Notes under the pieces: generated by a model | Databases searched by the model: none | Told to the model about the DNA's origin: nothing | What the model saw: only the letters and a program-made list of their open reading frames with translations | Shown: in pieces, positions 36,623 to 49,788 of the stretch | Layout of the letters: the number at the start of each line of letters is the position of its first letter | Position numbering within the stretch: position 1 is the first letter of the stretch | Assembly (NCBI RefSeq): GCF_006345805.1 | Contig: NC_043017.1 | Span: 17,298,001 to 17,362,000 of the forward strand | Reading direction: 5' to 3' | Source of the DNA: Octopus sinensis | Taxonomy: Eukaryota | Length of the DNA stretch: 64,000 bases | Made by a program: the position numbers and the translations under genes

Positions 36623-36788
36623 ACACATGTATTTATATAGCTTTCCATTTAAAATTGGTTATTTTCTTTATTCCAGGCACAAAAGTAACTTCTGGAAGAT
36701 ATTTTCATACGAACACACGCACACACAAACACAGAAACATAGACACACACAGACACAAAAACACACACACTCACACACACACACGTGA

Positions 36789-36822
<34 letters not shown>

Positions 36823-36958
36823 TATATATATATACGCACATATATATGTATATATATATATATATGTATATGTATATACTATACTATATACTATATAAAC
36901 GCATGCATACACGCACACTCATACACATGTATGTGTGTGTGTGTGTGTGTGTGCGTGC

Positions 36959-37014
<56 letters not shown>

Positions 37015-37559
37015 TGCGTATGTGTGTGTATGTGCATGTATATAAAAGTTCTCTAGACAAACTAGGTAGGCTAAATAGAATTATTGTTTTCGTGAGATGG
37101 CGTTAAATTAAATTATTTTCAAACGTAGAAAATTGAAAAATATTGGTTTGTATTTGGAAGCAAAAACCTGAACCATATGCTTGATTCCTTCATCGTTATT
37201 TCGGTTTGTCTGTGTTGTTATTGTTGTACTCTGGTTTTTCTCCCCCCCCCCTCTCTCTCTCTCTTTTTTTTTCTCCCGTTTTGTTCTTTGAAGATGAAAA
37301 GAAACGTTCTATTTGGTAGCGGCACTGTTGTTTAGGCTATTGTTCTTGTTGTTGTTGCTGTTGTTGTAAAACGTTGTTGCTTTAACTGTTGTTGTTGTTG
37401 TTGTCGTTATGGTGGTGGTGGTCGGGGTGGTGGTGGTGGTGGTGGTGGTGGTTATGTTTTTCCATTTTAACAGTAATTTTTTTGGAGTAGAAAAAAAAAA
37501 CGTTTGACCATTGCTAGGTAGATGTCAATAAGTTAGCATTATTTTTGAGCGAGTGCAGA

Positions 37560-37704
37560 CACACACAAACACACACACACACACACACACACAGATAGTG
37601 AGAGAGAGAGAGAGAAAGAGAAAGAGACAGAGACAGAGACAGAAGGAAAGATAGACAGACATGCAGACAGACTGATAGAAAGACAGACAGACAGACAGAC
37701 AGGC

Positions 37705-37768
<64 letters not shown>

Positions 37769-37808
37769 AGACAGACAGGCAGACAGACAGATAGGAGGAC
37801 AGACTGAC

Positions 37809-37880
<72 letters not shown>

Positions 37881-37890
37881 GGATAGATAG
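37560..37890. repeat. (CA)n,(GA)n,(GACA)n,(GATA)n,(GATT)n compound microsatellite
   Basis: Direct inspection. Confidence 0.92.
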
Positions 37891-38552
37891 GCAAGCAGAT
37901 ATTTTCTTTCCCAGATAAAGTTACATAACGATATGATGTTTGTAAATAAACGGTTTTTTCTTGAGAGATGTTTTAGATATAAAATGAATTTAGAACGACC
38001 ATAGACATGTACTTACTACAGTCTTTGTTGTTTTTTGTTGCCTTTGTTTTTGTTGTTGGTTTTGTTTTGTTGTTGGCGTCGCCGTCTTTGTTGTTGTTGA
38101 TAGTGGTTGTGTTGCTGTTGTTGATGTAGTAGTTATTGGCATCCTCGTTGTTGTTGCTTTGCTCCAAGGATCAGCTCCCCTGCATGACCTATGACCGAAT
38201 GTCTTTCTGCCATAAAGCGTCTTGCTCTTCTTCCACTTCCCCCAACCCCATCCAGACTATAAACACTTCCAGATATTCTGCATTCCATCTCTGGACTGCA
38301 TTATACTTATTATATCCTACTTTATAACTTGTACAAACTTCAGCATGTGGCTTGAAGAAGACTGACGCAGACATATATATGGAAGCCATAACCTACTCAT
38401 AATAAAAAAAGGAATAATTGTGGAATGTATCAAGGAAGACCGCAATAAAATATAAGTACAACAGACCTGATAATGATTTGGGATTGAGAAGAGAAACTGT
38501 GCACAGTTGTGGAAACTAGCTGCTCACCGGATGCGAACATAAAGCTGAAGAT

Positions 38553-38965
38553 TACTCTCTTTTTCTCTCTCTTTTACTTGTTTCAGTCATTTGACTGCGG
38601 CCATGCTGGAGCACCGCCTTTAGTCGATCAAATCGACCCCGGGACTTATTCTTTGTAAGCCCAGGACTTATTCTATCGGTCTCTTTTGCCGAACCGCTAA
38701 GTGACGGGGACGTAAACACACCAGCATCGGTTGTCAAGCAATGCGAGGAGGACAATCACAGACACACAAACACACACATACATATATATATATATATACA
38801 TATATACGACAGGCTTCTTTCAGTTTCCGTCTACCAAATCCACTCACAAGGCATTGGTCGGCCCGGGGCTATAGCAGAAGACACTTGCCCAAGATGCCAC
38901 GCAGTGGAACTGAACCCGGAACCATGTGGCTGGTTAGCAAGCTACTTACCACACAGCCACTCTTG
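38553..38965 (-). mobile_element. SINE family B, full length
   Basis: Near-consensus reverse copy from TTTTACTTGTTTCAGTCATTTG to CTTACCACACAGCCACTC. Confidence 0.93.
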
Positions 38966-39362
38966 CGCCTAATTAGTGAAAATTAGAGAACATTTATGCT
39001 GAACTATTGAGAAATCTGTAGTTACTCTACCCAGAAAACAAGTTCAAGTTTATACCTGTAATTATTGAGGCCCTGAGATATGTAACACATTGTCTGAATA
39101 CCAATCTTGAGAAATTAGGCTTCTCAAAACCAAAAAGGAGAAAGCTAATTCGAAGACTACAGATCCAATCCATCACTGGAATTGTAAATATCTGTAAAAC
39201 TTTCCAGAAGTTTATCATTTAAATATATACGAGCGTGTCTAGATATGCTACTATATGCATGAGAATACATACATAAAATATACAAACCTGCACATACATG
39301 CATACATACATACATACATACATTCATACATACATACATACAAACATACATACATACATACA

Positions 39363-39392
<30 letters not shown>

Positions 39393-39393
<1 letters not shown>

Positions 39394-39530
39394 TTCTTTA
39401 TTACCCACAAGGGGCTAAACACAGAGGGGACAAACAAGGACAGACATAGGTATTAAGTCGATTACATCGACCCCAGTGCGTAACTGGTACTTAATTTATC
39501 GACCCCGAAAGGATGAAAGGCAAAGTGGAC
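39393..39530 (-). mobile_element. SINE family A (A1) 3' fragment inserted in (TACA)n
   Basis: TTTCTTTATTACCCACAAGGGG..GGCAAAGTGGACC flanked by TACA runs. Confidence 0.88.
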
Positions 39531-39560
39531 CTATACATACATACATACATACATGCATAC

Positions 39561-39596
<36 letters not shown>

Positions 39597-39614
39597 TATA
39601 TATATATATATATA

Positions 39615-39775
39615 TACGACAACTTCAATACAACTTCTATCTAGGAAATCCACTCACAAGGGACTGGTCGGCCCGAAGCTAGAGTAGAAAATACTTGCTC
39701 AAGATACGGCGCAGTGGTACTGAACCGGAAACCACGTGGTTGAAGAGCGAGCTTCTGAACCACACAGCCATACCT
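39615..39775 (-). mobile_element. SINE family B 5' half, diverged
   Basis: AAATCCACTCACAAG..TACTTGCTCAAGATAC..CTGAACCGGAAACCACGTGG..CCACACAGCC. Confidence 0.75.
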
Positions 39776-39964
39776 TCACCTAATGCCATTTTTAACCTAC
39801 TTGCTATTAACTTTTTTATTTTCAACTCGAAAGCTGCCGCCATGCTGGAGCACTGCCGTTAATGCTGCCAAAAAGCAGTTTGGGCGGGAATAAATGAATA
39901 ATTAGAGGGAACTAATCATAATAGCTCTCCTCCTTGAGAATATTATAGAGTAGCACGGTTTCAC

Positions 39965-40260
39965 CTACAGAAATCCCTTTTCGTTAATAATAGCCGGCTG
40001 ATACTATTAAGCAGCAAAATTATTTTATAGCCTGCTAATTTTGATAATAATAACCACTTAATAACATTAAACAGGGAAATAGTTTTTATAGCAATAATCC
40101 GGTTTCTAACATTAAGCAGGAAGACAGTTTAGGGCCCACTAATTTCAACCCGCCAATTATCGGCCGTTTACACTAAGCAAGGAAATAGTTTCGTGCAACA
40201 AAATTTTGATAACAATAACCGCTTAACGCAATCGTGATTATAATAAGCCGCATCCATTGT
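39965..40260. mobile_element. Putative pogo/Tigger-type MITE with internal ~55-60-bp degenerate repeats
   Basis: A recurring ATAATA(A/G)CC..TTAAGCAG..AATAGTTT motif; right end GATTATAATAAGCCGCATCCATTGT is TIR-like. Confidence 0.4.
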
Positions 40261-41788
40261 CTTACATCAGCGATTCCAACACTTCTGAACTATGCAGCAT
40301 ATGCCCTGTGTATCACTAAGATCTCGACGACGCACCATCCCCTTCATATCTCACTCCTCTGCACCTCCAACAATCATCTCGGTACAACGAAACAACAAAC
40401 AAGTAAATAGTCGCACACTTTGCTAGAAGTAGCAGCCAAATCTTCTTAAAGCAAAACACATTGGTTAATGTATAGTCATGGTTAACTTACTTGTATATTA
40501 GAAAAAGTTGATATAGTCACGGCTGGAATCTTTTTGATCACAGATCTGCTGAAGGACTGATCCGGGGCTAAAAAACAACAATAACAGCAACCTTGATTCC
40601 AGAATCCCCGCTCCAATTTATTTTCGCTTAAAACCTTTTACCACCAAAAGAGCAACTTTCTAGACACCCTATCTATCGCCTCCTCTTGTTCTAACCCCGA
40701 TTAAAAAATGGCTGCCGCTAGCCCTGCAAGATATTGAGTAAAAATCCGTTACTTTCGAATAAAAATACCCTGTAAGGTATTTGTACCGCCCGTATCCCAG
40801 AGTAAACCCTTGTCGTTCTCGCCCTCAGAAATATTGTGAACCTCTAATTGGTCCCTCGGAAAGCTGTAACCAAAGATGCTGCTGTTCATCAATTGCGATA
40901 TAAAATCAGTGAGTGTATACACACACGCACGCGCGCATATAATATATATGTGTGTGGGGTGGTGGATATGCATGTGTATATACATGCAAACATACATGTG
41001 TGTGTGTCTGTGTGTGTAACTGATTGAAATTTGTCAAACTTTCTCTGTATCTTTATAGTGGAGGAGGGCAAGAAACAAACTTTGTTGCTTGCTCTCTCTC
41101 TCTCTCTCTCTTTCTCTCCCTTTCTCTCCCTTTCTCTCTCCCTCTCTCCCCCTCTCTCCCTATCTCTCCCTCTCTTGTTATCTGTTTATAAAACCGACAC
41201 ATAGTGATAGAGAGAGAGAAAGAGAGAGAGAGAAGAAGAGAGAGAAAGGAATAGAGAGCGAGGACAGAGAGGGGGGACAGAGGAGAGAGAAAGAGAGAGA
41301 GGGAAGAGAGAGGAGGGAGGAGGGGGAGTAAGAGATTAAGACAGAGAGAGAGAGAGATCCTTTGCAGCATGCTTTCTGTTTTGTTAAATCGCTGGAGGCA
41401 TCGCACCAGGACAGACTTTAATAAATTCCCTTTCATCAAAGGCCTGTTTGCAATTTCCCATCAATGAAAGCCATCAACAAACAAACAAACAACCAAACAA
41501 ATAAAATACAGACATTATTTATAAAGGAACAGAGAGATCCCCTTATACTCAGAAATATTTGATTTTCTCGTTAACGGTTCACTGTAGTCATTATCATATC
41601 TGCAACATAGTGTCCTTATTTGCCCCTCTCTACCGAATTTTTCTTCGGTGCAGTTTAAGACCACATGTACTTACAGTCTTCTCCGCAAGATATAATTCCA
41701 TAAATTATTAGATATATTATATATAAATAAATATATATATAATATATATAAATATATATATATACATACACACACACACACAACACAC

Positions 41789-41821
<33 letters not shown>

Positions 41822-41884
41822 CATACATACATACACATACACACATTCATACAAACACATACATGCATTCATACATATACATAC

Positions 41885-41923
<39 letters not shown>

Positions 41924-41945
41924 CATACATACATACATACATACA

Positions 41946-41981
<36 letters not shown>

Positions 41982-42699
41982 TACATTTGTGTGTGTGCTC
42001 AAGGGAATCATACAGAGTTATTAACACATCTGCAATGAGAAATTCTACATTTTTTTCTCACATTATTTCAATAGTAAAAGTGACTTTTTCAGTAGTAGTA
42101 ATAGGATCCCCTGTGGGGTAATAAATCCACGATCTGGCTACAATTCTGTTTGATAGTGTTATAGAAAAAACATTCTCGTTAAACTTCCGGAAATTTTTCC
42201 CCAAGTTTCTTTTTTTATATATATAAATATATCATTGATATAAACCCAAATTTATTTATTTTCATTTCAAATAATACCATTTTTCATTCCTGTGAGTGTC
42301 TCACAAAGGACTATCACCCCTCACCAACACATGAGTAAAAGAGCCCACCCACTCTGATCACGTGATGCCGAGGCGGAGATATTCGGTAATAAAAATCCTG
42401 GGATACAACAGCAATACAGAAAGTGATTCCCTTGACTCTGGGGAATAAAGAATGTTCGTGCTTTAATTATCAAAAACCTGGTCCCTATTAACCTTTCTTT
42501 AAAAGATAGACTGTTGTGAACCAACAGAAATTTTGGAATGGGTTTGGGAAGGCATCTGAGTCTCTACAGCAGAGATATTGACCACTTTTACAAATCCACG
42601 GCTGAATAAGGCAATGAGTATGTTATGGCCCATCATCAACTTTTTAAAAGTTTTATAGAAACTCACACACATGAATATTAGCCACTACACACATTATTT

Positions 42700-42860
42700 T
42701 CTCTCCTTGTTTCTCTCCTTGTTTTTTCTGTGTCCCTTTCTGTAGAAGAGCGTAGGCTCGAAACGTAAAAGACTTTTTCTATTCCTGAGCGTTATACTAA
42801 CATCTTTTGTTTTGTATACCACCTGTCTTCGTCTTTTGTTTTTTTTTCATAAACTCTCCC
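42700..42860 (+). mobile_element. Penelope-type terminal-repeat remnant with hammerhead-like motif
   Basis: CTTT-CTGTAGAA-GAGC-GTAG-GCTC-GAAA-C-GTA-AAAG at 42736-42771. Confidence 0.6.
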
Positions 42861-42942
42861 TATATATACATATATATATAATTATATATATATATATTAT
42901 ATATATATATATATTATATAATATTATATATACATACATAAT

Positions 42943-43037
<95 letters not shown>

Positions 43038-43077
43038 CATATATATATTTGTTTATTTAGATTGACTGTAATGCATG

Positions 43078-43133
<56 letters not shown>

Positions 43134-43189
43134 CATATACCATACATATACAGTCAATCTAATAAACAAACAGTTTTCAACAACGAATA

Positions 43190-43350
43190 ATAAAATTAAT
43201 GGAGAACAAGAGGACGTGTACAAAGACTGTATTAACTTGGCGCTCGGTGAAAAGAGAAACTTTGACGTTTCTCGCATAGCTCTTCGCTGGAAAGGAGAAA
43301 AGGGAAAGTCCAGAAGAGGAAAAGAAATCGCCAAAAGCACATGAGTGCGT
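43190..43350 (-). mobile_element. Second Penelope-type terminal-repeat remnant, inverted
   Basis: Minus strand CTTT-CCAGCGAA-GAGC-TAT-GCGA-GAAA-C-GTC-AAAG at 43260-43294. Confidence 0.5.
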
Positions 43351-43364
43351 GTATTTATAAGCGC

Positions 43365-43560
43365 TGGAGTGGTTGTATGGTAAGAAACTAGGTTCCCAAC
43401 CACATGATTCCAGGTTCAGTCCCACTGCGTAGCACCTTGGGCAAGTGCCTTCTACTATAGCCTCGAGCAAACCAAATTCTTGTGAGTGAATTTGATAGAC
43501 GGAAACTGAAAGAAACCCGCCGTATATATATATGTGTGTGTATGTGTGTGTTTGTGTGTC
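43365..43560 (+). mobile_element. SINE family B, 5' half
   Basis: GGAGTGGTTGTATGGTAAG..GTAGCACCTTGGGCAAGTGCCTT..GAAAGAAACCCGCCG. Confidence 0.85.
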
Positions 43561-43843
43561 TGCGTTTATCCCCCCACCCACGTGTGTGTATGTGTAATAT
43601 TTTGATTATGTTGAAGTATTCTGGCCAAGAAAGCGATCATCTTCCGCAAAGTATTCTTCAAATGTAACCTATAAGCAGAACACTGAAAATATGCAAAGCT
43701 TTTCTAAAATCTATCATATAACTTTACACAGTAACTTATCGTCTAAATTCCTGGGTCGTTTGTTAAGTAGTCTTATTCCATTGTTAGAAACTAAACCTTT
43801 CTTTTTAAGACGAAAGAATTCAGGAATTAAAGCAGAAAAGAAG

Positions 43844-43874
<31 letters not shown>

Positions 43875-44471
43875 TATATATATAGAGAGAGAGAGAGAGA
43901 GATGAGGAGAAGAGAGAGAGAGGAGAGATTTAAAGATATATATGTTATCTGCGAATCTGCCTCGTCTGATCCGGTAAAACTGTGCCAACATTTAAAACAA
44001 TTCATCATACCTGAGCGAAATATTCCAGGAAACTTTATATCTTCTGTATTATAAGTCGCTTATTAACTTTCCTTTTGTGTGCGTATGTATATGTGTATGT
44101 GTGTGTGTGTGTGTTAGTGTGCGCCTGTGTATGACTGTGTTAGTGTGTGCTCTGTGTATGCGCGCGCGTATTTGTGCGTGAACTTCTGCTAACTCAAAAT
44201 CACGCTTACTGCATTGATGGCTCTAGAAAACAGCGTATTCCATCAACCGTGTACAACACACCTTCATGTCTCATCATTTTGGAGCATACCTACCTTCAGT
44301 GTATAACACGCGCATACACACTTATACCCTACACACACATATATTTATGCACACACAGATTTTTATGTACACACAGACACACACATTTATATATAGATTA
44401 TAATACTTGTTTTGGCTGGGATTTTAATTTTGGGCTGACGGCCAACTGGGCCAGGCTGCTTTAATAAAGGC

Positions 44472-44571
44472 NNNNNNNNNNNNNNNNNNNNNNNNNNNNN
44501 NNNNNNNNNNNNNNNNNNNNNNNNNNNNNNNNNNNNNNNNNNNNNNNNNNNNNNNNNNNNNNNNNNNNNNN
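44472..44571. other. Assembly gap (100 N)
   Basis: Run of N. Confidence 1.
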
Positions 44572-44599
44572 GACGGTCACATACCGCTGAATCGTAGTT

Positions 44600-45000
44600 A
44601 AATCACGCCGGGTGGAAAATGCTCCTGAGAGCCAAATACGAATATGCCTTCAGCGCCTGTGAGAACAAGATCTACATCACTCGAGGAAAGAAGTTTGGGA
44701 CTAGTGAGATGAGATTTGGGACGGAAGAAAAAGCCAGGTGTCATTCTGCAACCACTTTGAGGTATGAAAACCTCTTCTTAATCCCCAACTAACGCGGACA
44801 ACACCTTGCTAAGGTTATAATGTTGAATGTGCCGCCAGAAATATCCCTCACCTAGCTGGTGACGGCCGTCTTGACAGATTTAGAAGATGACGAAGTGACA
44901 CTCTTGGAGGACAAGAAAATACCTAAACAAAACTGGTTAGGAATAGGTATGGAACTGACCTTACAGTGTAAGCTCATATCGACCAGCTGCCCGATCTAAT
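44600..45000 (+). pseudogene. Decayed ~130-codon reading frame, possibly L1/Tx1-type ORF1
   Basis: One frame, AKYEYAFSACENKIYITRGKKFG..FGTEEKAR..IPN*RG..KVIMLNVPPEISLT*LVTAVL..NWLGIG, with only two stops. The family assignment is from recalled resemblance only. Confidence 0.4.
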
Positions 45001-45009
45001 GTGTGTGTG

Positions 45010-45152
45010 TGTGATCTCTGTCATCTCCCTGGGAAGTATGTGAAGGGGTACGCGTGTCTGTGGTGTGCTCAGCCACTTGCACGTTAATGTCACGAGCAAG
45101 CTGTTCCGTTGATCAGATCAACTGGAACCCTCGCCTTCGTAAGCCACGGAGT
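45010..45152 (+). mobile_element. SINE 3' module shared with family E
   Basis: GGGTACGCGTGTCTGTGGTGTGCTCAGCCACTTGCACGTTAAT..GGAACCCTCG..ACGGAGTGC. Confidence 0.8.
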
Positions 45153-45226
45153 GCCAATTATATACATATATGTATATGTATGTCTGTATGGCTGTCTGTC
45201 TGGCTGTCTGTCTGTCTGTCTCTCTG

Positions 45227-45270
<44 letters not shown>

Positions 45271-45854
45271 AACACATACACACACACACACATATATATA
45301 TACATATATATATATTTAGCAGAAGCAACAGAGTGACTCAAGGTCCGAGAGTTTCTTGCGTTATGTTTGAACGCACGAAATTCTGGGACCTTGTGTCACT
45401 CTGTTGCTCGTGCTAAATATTAATAAAAGATATACATATGCTTACATTTTGAGTTCTATTTTTCCTCTTTGCACCAAAATACCTATATATATATATATAT
45501 ACACATCCATACACATACATACTCACACACATATATACACACATAGACACATACATATGTATGTATGCGTTGTGTGTGCGTGCATTTCTGTGTATGAATG
45601 AGTGTGCATGTGTGTGTGTGTTTTGTGCGTGCACCCATTCTGTTTTAGGAATGTCTGACTAACTACGTCTTTCATCTAAATAAATGAGGCATTAATAGAA
45701 GGAAGGTTGTATACGAAGTTATAATTATATAAAGCTTAAACACTTTTTGAGGAACTAGGAATCGATTTCGGAACTGATTAATGGTCTGACAGGCAGATTA
45801 ATCAGGCAAAAATAGAGGTAAGGTATAATAATGATAGCAATAATAAATGCAATT

Positions 45855-45917
<63 letters not shown>

Positions 45918-45934
45918 ATATTTAAACAAGAAAT

Positions 45935-46325
45935 GAACACAAAATCGAAAAAGCACGGAAGAAAAAAATGTACGGTCAGTTTGCAAGATATGTGAACACG
46001 AAGACAGATACAGAGGACCGGTGGCTATGGATGACCCGGAGTGACATGAAGATAGAAACAGATGCACTCATATGCGCAGCTCAAAAACAACTGTTAAGGA
46101 CCAACTATGTGAAGTGCAGAATAGACAACACTACCGACAGCGACAAATGCAGAATGTGTGGTGAAAGGAGTGAAATGATATGGCATATCGTTAGCGAGTA
46201 TCCGAAATTGGCATAACGTGACAATGTGGTAAATATGATTCATTGGGAACTCTGTGGAAATCGCGCCCTACAAAGAGCAAAAAGGTGGTATGAGAAAACC
46301 CCAGAAGGACTCACCATGAATGAGA
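45935..46325 (+). mobile_element. R4/Dong-like non-LTR C-terminal CCHC region
   Basis: KKMYGQFARY..W.WM..SDMKIETDALICAAQKQ.LRTNYVK..IDN...DKCRMCGE..E.IWHIVSE.PKLA*RDNVVNMIHWELCG..AKRWYE. Confidence 0.85.
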
Positions 46326-46591
46326 ATTTAATCATCTAAAGTTCTGGTAACACAAAAGGTGAAATTAATTGATACTGAGATGTGTGTACTTTTCTTTGTA
46401 GTTTTGCAAAGGTAAGGGCTATTTTTATTATATGCACTACATTAAACGTGCGTGTTTACTCATATTGGGAAATATGTGGCTTCAGAGAGTTAACTCTTCT
46501 TTCTAGCATAGCCGGTACATATTGTACCCTAATTTTTACGTATATTTTACCTATTTTGGTTAAGTTTGCTTGCCACTTTATTATTATTATT

Positions 46592-46643
<52 letters not shown>

Positions 46644-46889
46644 CATTATTATTATTATTGCTGTTGCTGTTGTTGTTGTTGTAACATGTTAGCATCAAAG
46701 TTAAGGATTTACTTACAGAGATAGCGATTATATATCACCTGAGGAAATACAACTGGATCCCATTATACAGGTAAACCGTTGCTAAATTTAGATCCTGTGT
46801 ATATGTGGATCTATGTTGTATCAAAACATGTGTAGTGTCTATTAAATATCTGTCTCTACGTACTCCTTCTTGTTGACTCTATTTATTCT

Positions 46890-46942
<53 letters not shown>

Positions 46943-46944
46943 TG

Positions 46945-47220
46945 AATACCAAGTAAGTTAGAGTTTATGGATCCAACCCACTAAGGGATAGTATAGGCAC
47001 GAAAAAAAACTACTTTTATCCATAGGCTGAAACAGCTGTAAGGAGTGATTTTAAGGATTTCAATAATTTATGTTATGATTTTTATAATTGTATCCTTATC
47101 TTATATGTATTGAATTATAATGTATATAAGTATGCTATTAAGGTTCTCATTTTTGTTAAATGAATAAATAATTCAACATTCTAATATCCGAAAGCTGAAA
47201 CCAACTAAATTGTTTCTCCA
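46945..47220 (+). mobile_element. Dispersed TA-flanked repeat, second copy of 18930-19115 with an extra internal block
   Basis: Pairwise similarity by eye. Confidence 0.8.
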
Positions 47221-47362
47221 TTTTTTTTTTTTCCTTGTTTTTGTATTATATATTATATATATATATATATATATATTTTTGTGTGTGTGTGTGTGTGTGT
47301 GTGCGCGCGCTGCGCGTGTGGTGTGTGTGTGTATGTATGTATGTATGTATGTATGTATGTAT

Positions 47363-47510
47363 ACGACGAGCTTCTTTCAGGTACCGTCTACCAAATCCAC
47401 CCACAAAGCCAGAGCAGGTCAAAGACTATAAAAGCAGACACTTGCCAAAGGTGCCAAACAGTGGTTCAGAATCATGTGGTTGGGAAGCAAACAGCTTACC
47501 ACACAGCCAC
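47363..47510 (-). mobile_element. SINE family B, 5' half
   Basis: ACGACGAGCTTCTTTCAG..CTACCAAATCCAC..GACACTTGCCAAAGGTGCC..CTTACCACACAGCCAC. Confidence 0.8.
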
Positions 47511-48274
47511 ACTTTGCACCTATACACCTATGCGCGTCCGCGCACACACATATACATATATATATAGTATACAAACATATCAAATATGTATGAGTGGGTA
47601 TTTATGTATGTGTGTACATATATATATATATATGTGTGTGTGACTCTGTGTATGTTTGTGTGTGTGCGTGTGCGAGGGCGCTTGTGTAGATAGGAACCGA
47701 AAAATGAAAGGTTAAAACAAAATTTACAAAAAGAAACTGGTGAGCAGTCACCATAATAATCAATGTTTAAATCTAATTAAAACTATAAAAATTGAAACTG
47801 AGAAACCAGTCTTTCCAGATTACAAAATCCTGAAGATTGTGATTATGGATTTATAATAAAGATTATATATCTTCGAAATATTGTAAACAAAATATAAATT
47901 TTGAAAAGGAAATCTGTAAATAAATTTAATCGCTTCTGTTGTATAAAAAATTATAAATTATTTTAAATATTATGAAAAATATTAAAAAAATTTAAAGAAA
48001 ATCTGCAAATATATTCCAAATTTGTATTTCCAAGGAAATGTTTTGCTGGGGTGATTTGTACTTTTGTACTTCGATTTTCGATTTATTTGGCTGCCTTTTG
48101 ATCTACTATATCAGTTTACACACACAAACTCACTCACACACACACACACACACATTCACTCACTCACTCACTCACACGCGCACACACACTCAGCACCCCC
48201 ACCCAAAAAAATCTAACAAACACCGACACAAGCACTAATGTTTACCATAACACTAACATAACAAGATAGATAGG

Positions 48275-48350
48275 AGTCACGCACTGGAACTGAACCCGGA
48301 ATCATGTGGTTGGGAAGCAAATTTTTTACCACACAGCCACTCCTGCGCCT
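48275..48350 (-). mobile_element. SINE family B head
   Basis: GGAACTGAACCCGGAATCATGTGGTTGGGAAGCAA..TACCACACAGCCACTCC. Confidence 0.8.
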
Positions 48351-48398
48351 AAACATATAATATATATATTACATATACATATGCATACATACATAAAC

Positions 48399-48453
<55 letters not shown>

Positions 48454-48536
48454 GCATACATACATACACACACACAAACACACACACACATACACACACA
48501 CACATGTATATATATATATATATATAATATATAGAT

Positions 48537-48569
<33 letters not shown>

Positions 48570-48908
48570 GTCACATACAGATCTATACATACACACATCC
48601 ACGCTTATGGTGTTACCTCTCTCATCACATACACGTCACAACGATCCACTGCTTGTCAAGCACACACATACACCACCTCCTGCCACACAATATTTATATA
48701 AAGGGACAAAGATGTCCAATGAAGGAAACCAGATCCACCAATGGGAGCACGGACCGGGTGGTGGTGGGGTGAAATGAGGTCAGGTAACTGAAGTATTTGA
48801 GAGAAGAAGGTCAGGTGACTGCAGTAGTTTTGGTGTAAGGTCGTCAGGAGCAAAGATAGGTGTTATCGTCTTTTATCTAAAGTCTTCCAAGATGTAAGGA
48901 GAAGCTTG

Positions 48909-48938
48909 TTAGGGTTAGGGTTAGGGTTAGAATTAGGG
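48909..48938 (+). repeat. Short interstitial (TTAGGG)n tract
   Basis: TTAGGG x3 (48909-48926), then TTAG-AA-TTAGGG. Confidence 0.8.
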
Positions 48939-49733
48939 GTCGACTGATGGGCAATGGGATAAGGGTTGGGGTTATTTCCAACGATGGGAAGATATAGGGC
49001 GTTAGAGGTAGCGGTTATAAGATGGGCTGGTGAAAGAAGTTTTAAGGTTTAAGGGGTTTGGTGGGGTACGGATTTAAGGCTGGAATTTTGAGTGTAGCGG
49101 GTTGAAGTTTGATGATGGCGATGGAAGGGTACGATCGCAACGGCGAGGGAAGTGGAGGTGTTGTAGGGGGAAGGGAGAGTTCTTGTTTTTTTAATAAAAG
49201 GCAGAGAAAACGATATAACATGAACGGGTATCAATCTGTCCTGAGTGCTGGGTCTTGAGTTTCGTTAGTCGGTGAGGGGTGGTTTTGATGGTTCGCAGAT
49301 CGGCCACGCGATCTCTCCATCTCACCATCACCCAGCTACCGCTATTACCGTTTTAGACTCATATACACACAAACATAAGAACACGCCTACACTCATACAA
49401 ACACACACGTAGACATACACATATATACACGTGCACATAGATACATAGGCACACACACATATACACATATATAGAGACACACGCATACACACAGTCACAC
49501 ATATAGACGAACAACATACATAAACACAGACATAAGCACAAACACACACAGATACACAGTGACATAGACTAACATATACTCATACAAATAGACACACACA
49601 CGCACACACACACACAGAAGACCAGTGACATAAGCCCTACTGCTGTCATTGGATTCTTATCTCTGTAGAAAAACATCACCTAAATGGAATTCAGTACAAA
49701 CATCTTTGATCGATCTAATTAAAGTGGGGGTAC

Positions 49734-49785
<52 letters not shown>

Positions 49786-49788
<3 letters not shown>

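Noticed and set aside
38189-38389. Non-repetitive 66-aa minus-strand ORF as a host exon
   Set aside because: No recognisable domain or convincing splice sites; at best a faint resemblance to an RLE-LINE linker.
46747-46821. Imperfect hairpin (ATACAAC..GGATCC..CAGG / CCTG..GGATCT..GTTGTAT) as a miRNA precursor
   Set aside because: Arms are only moderately matched and there is no other support; more likely a MITE relic.
48909-48938. True telomere
   Set aside because: Only about four units, internal, with unique sequence on both sides.
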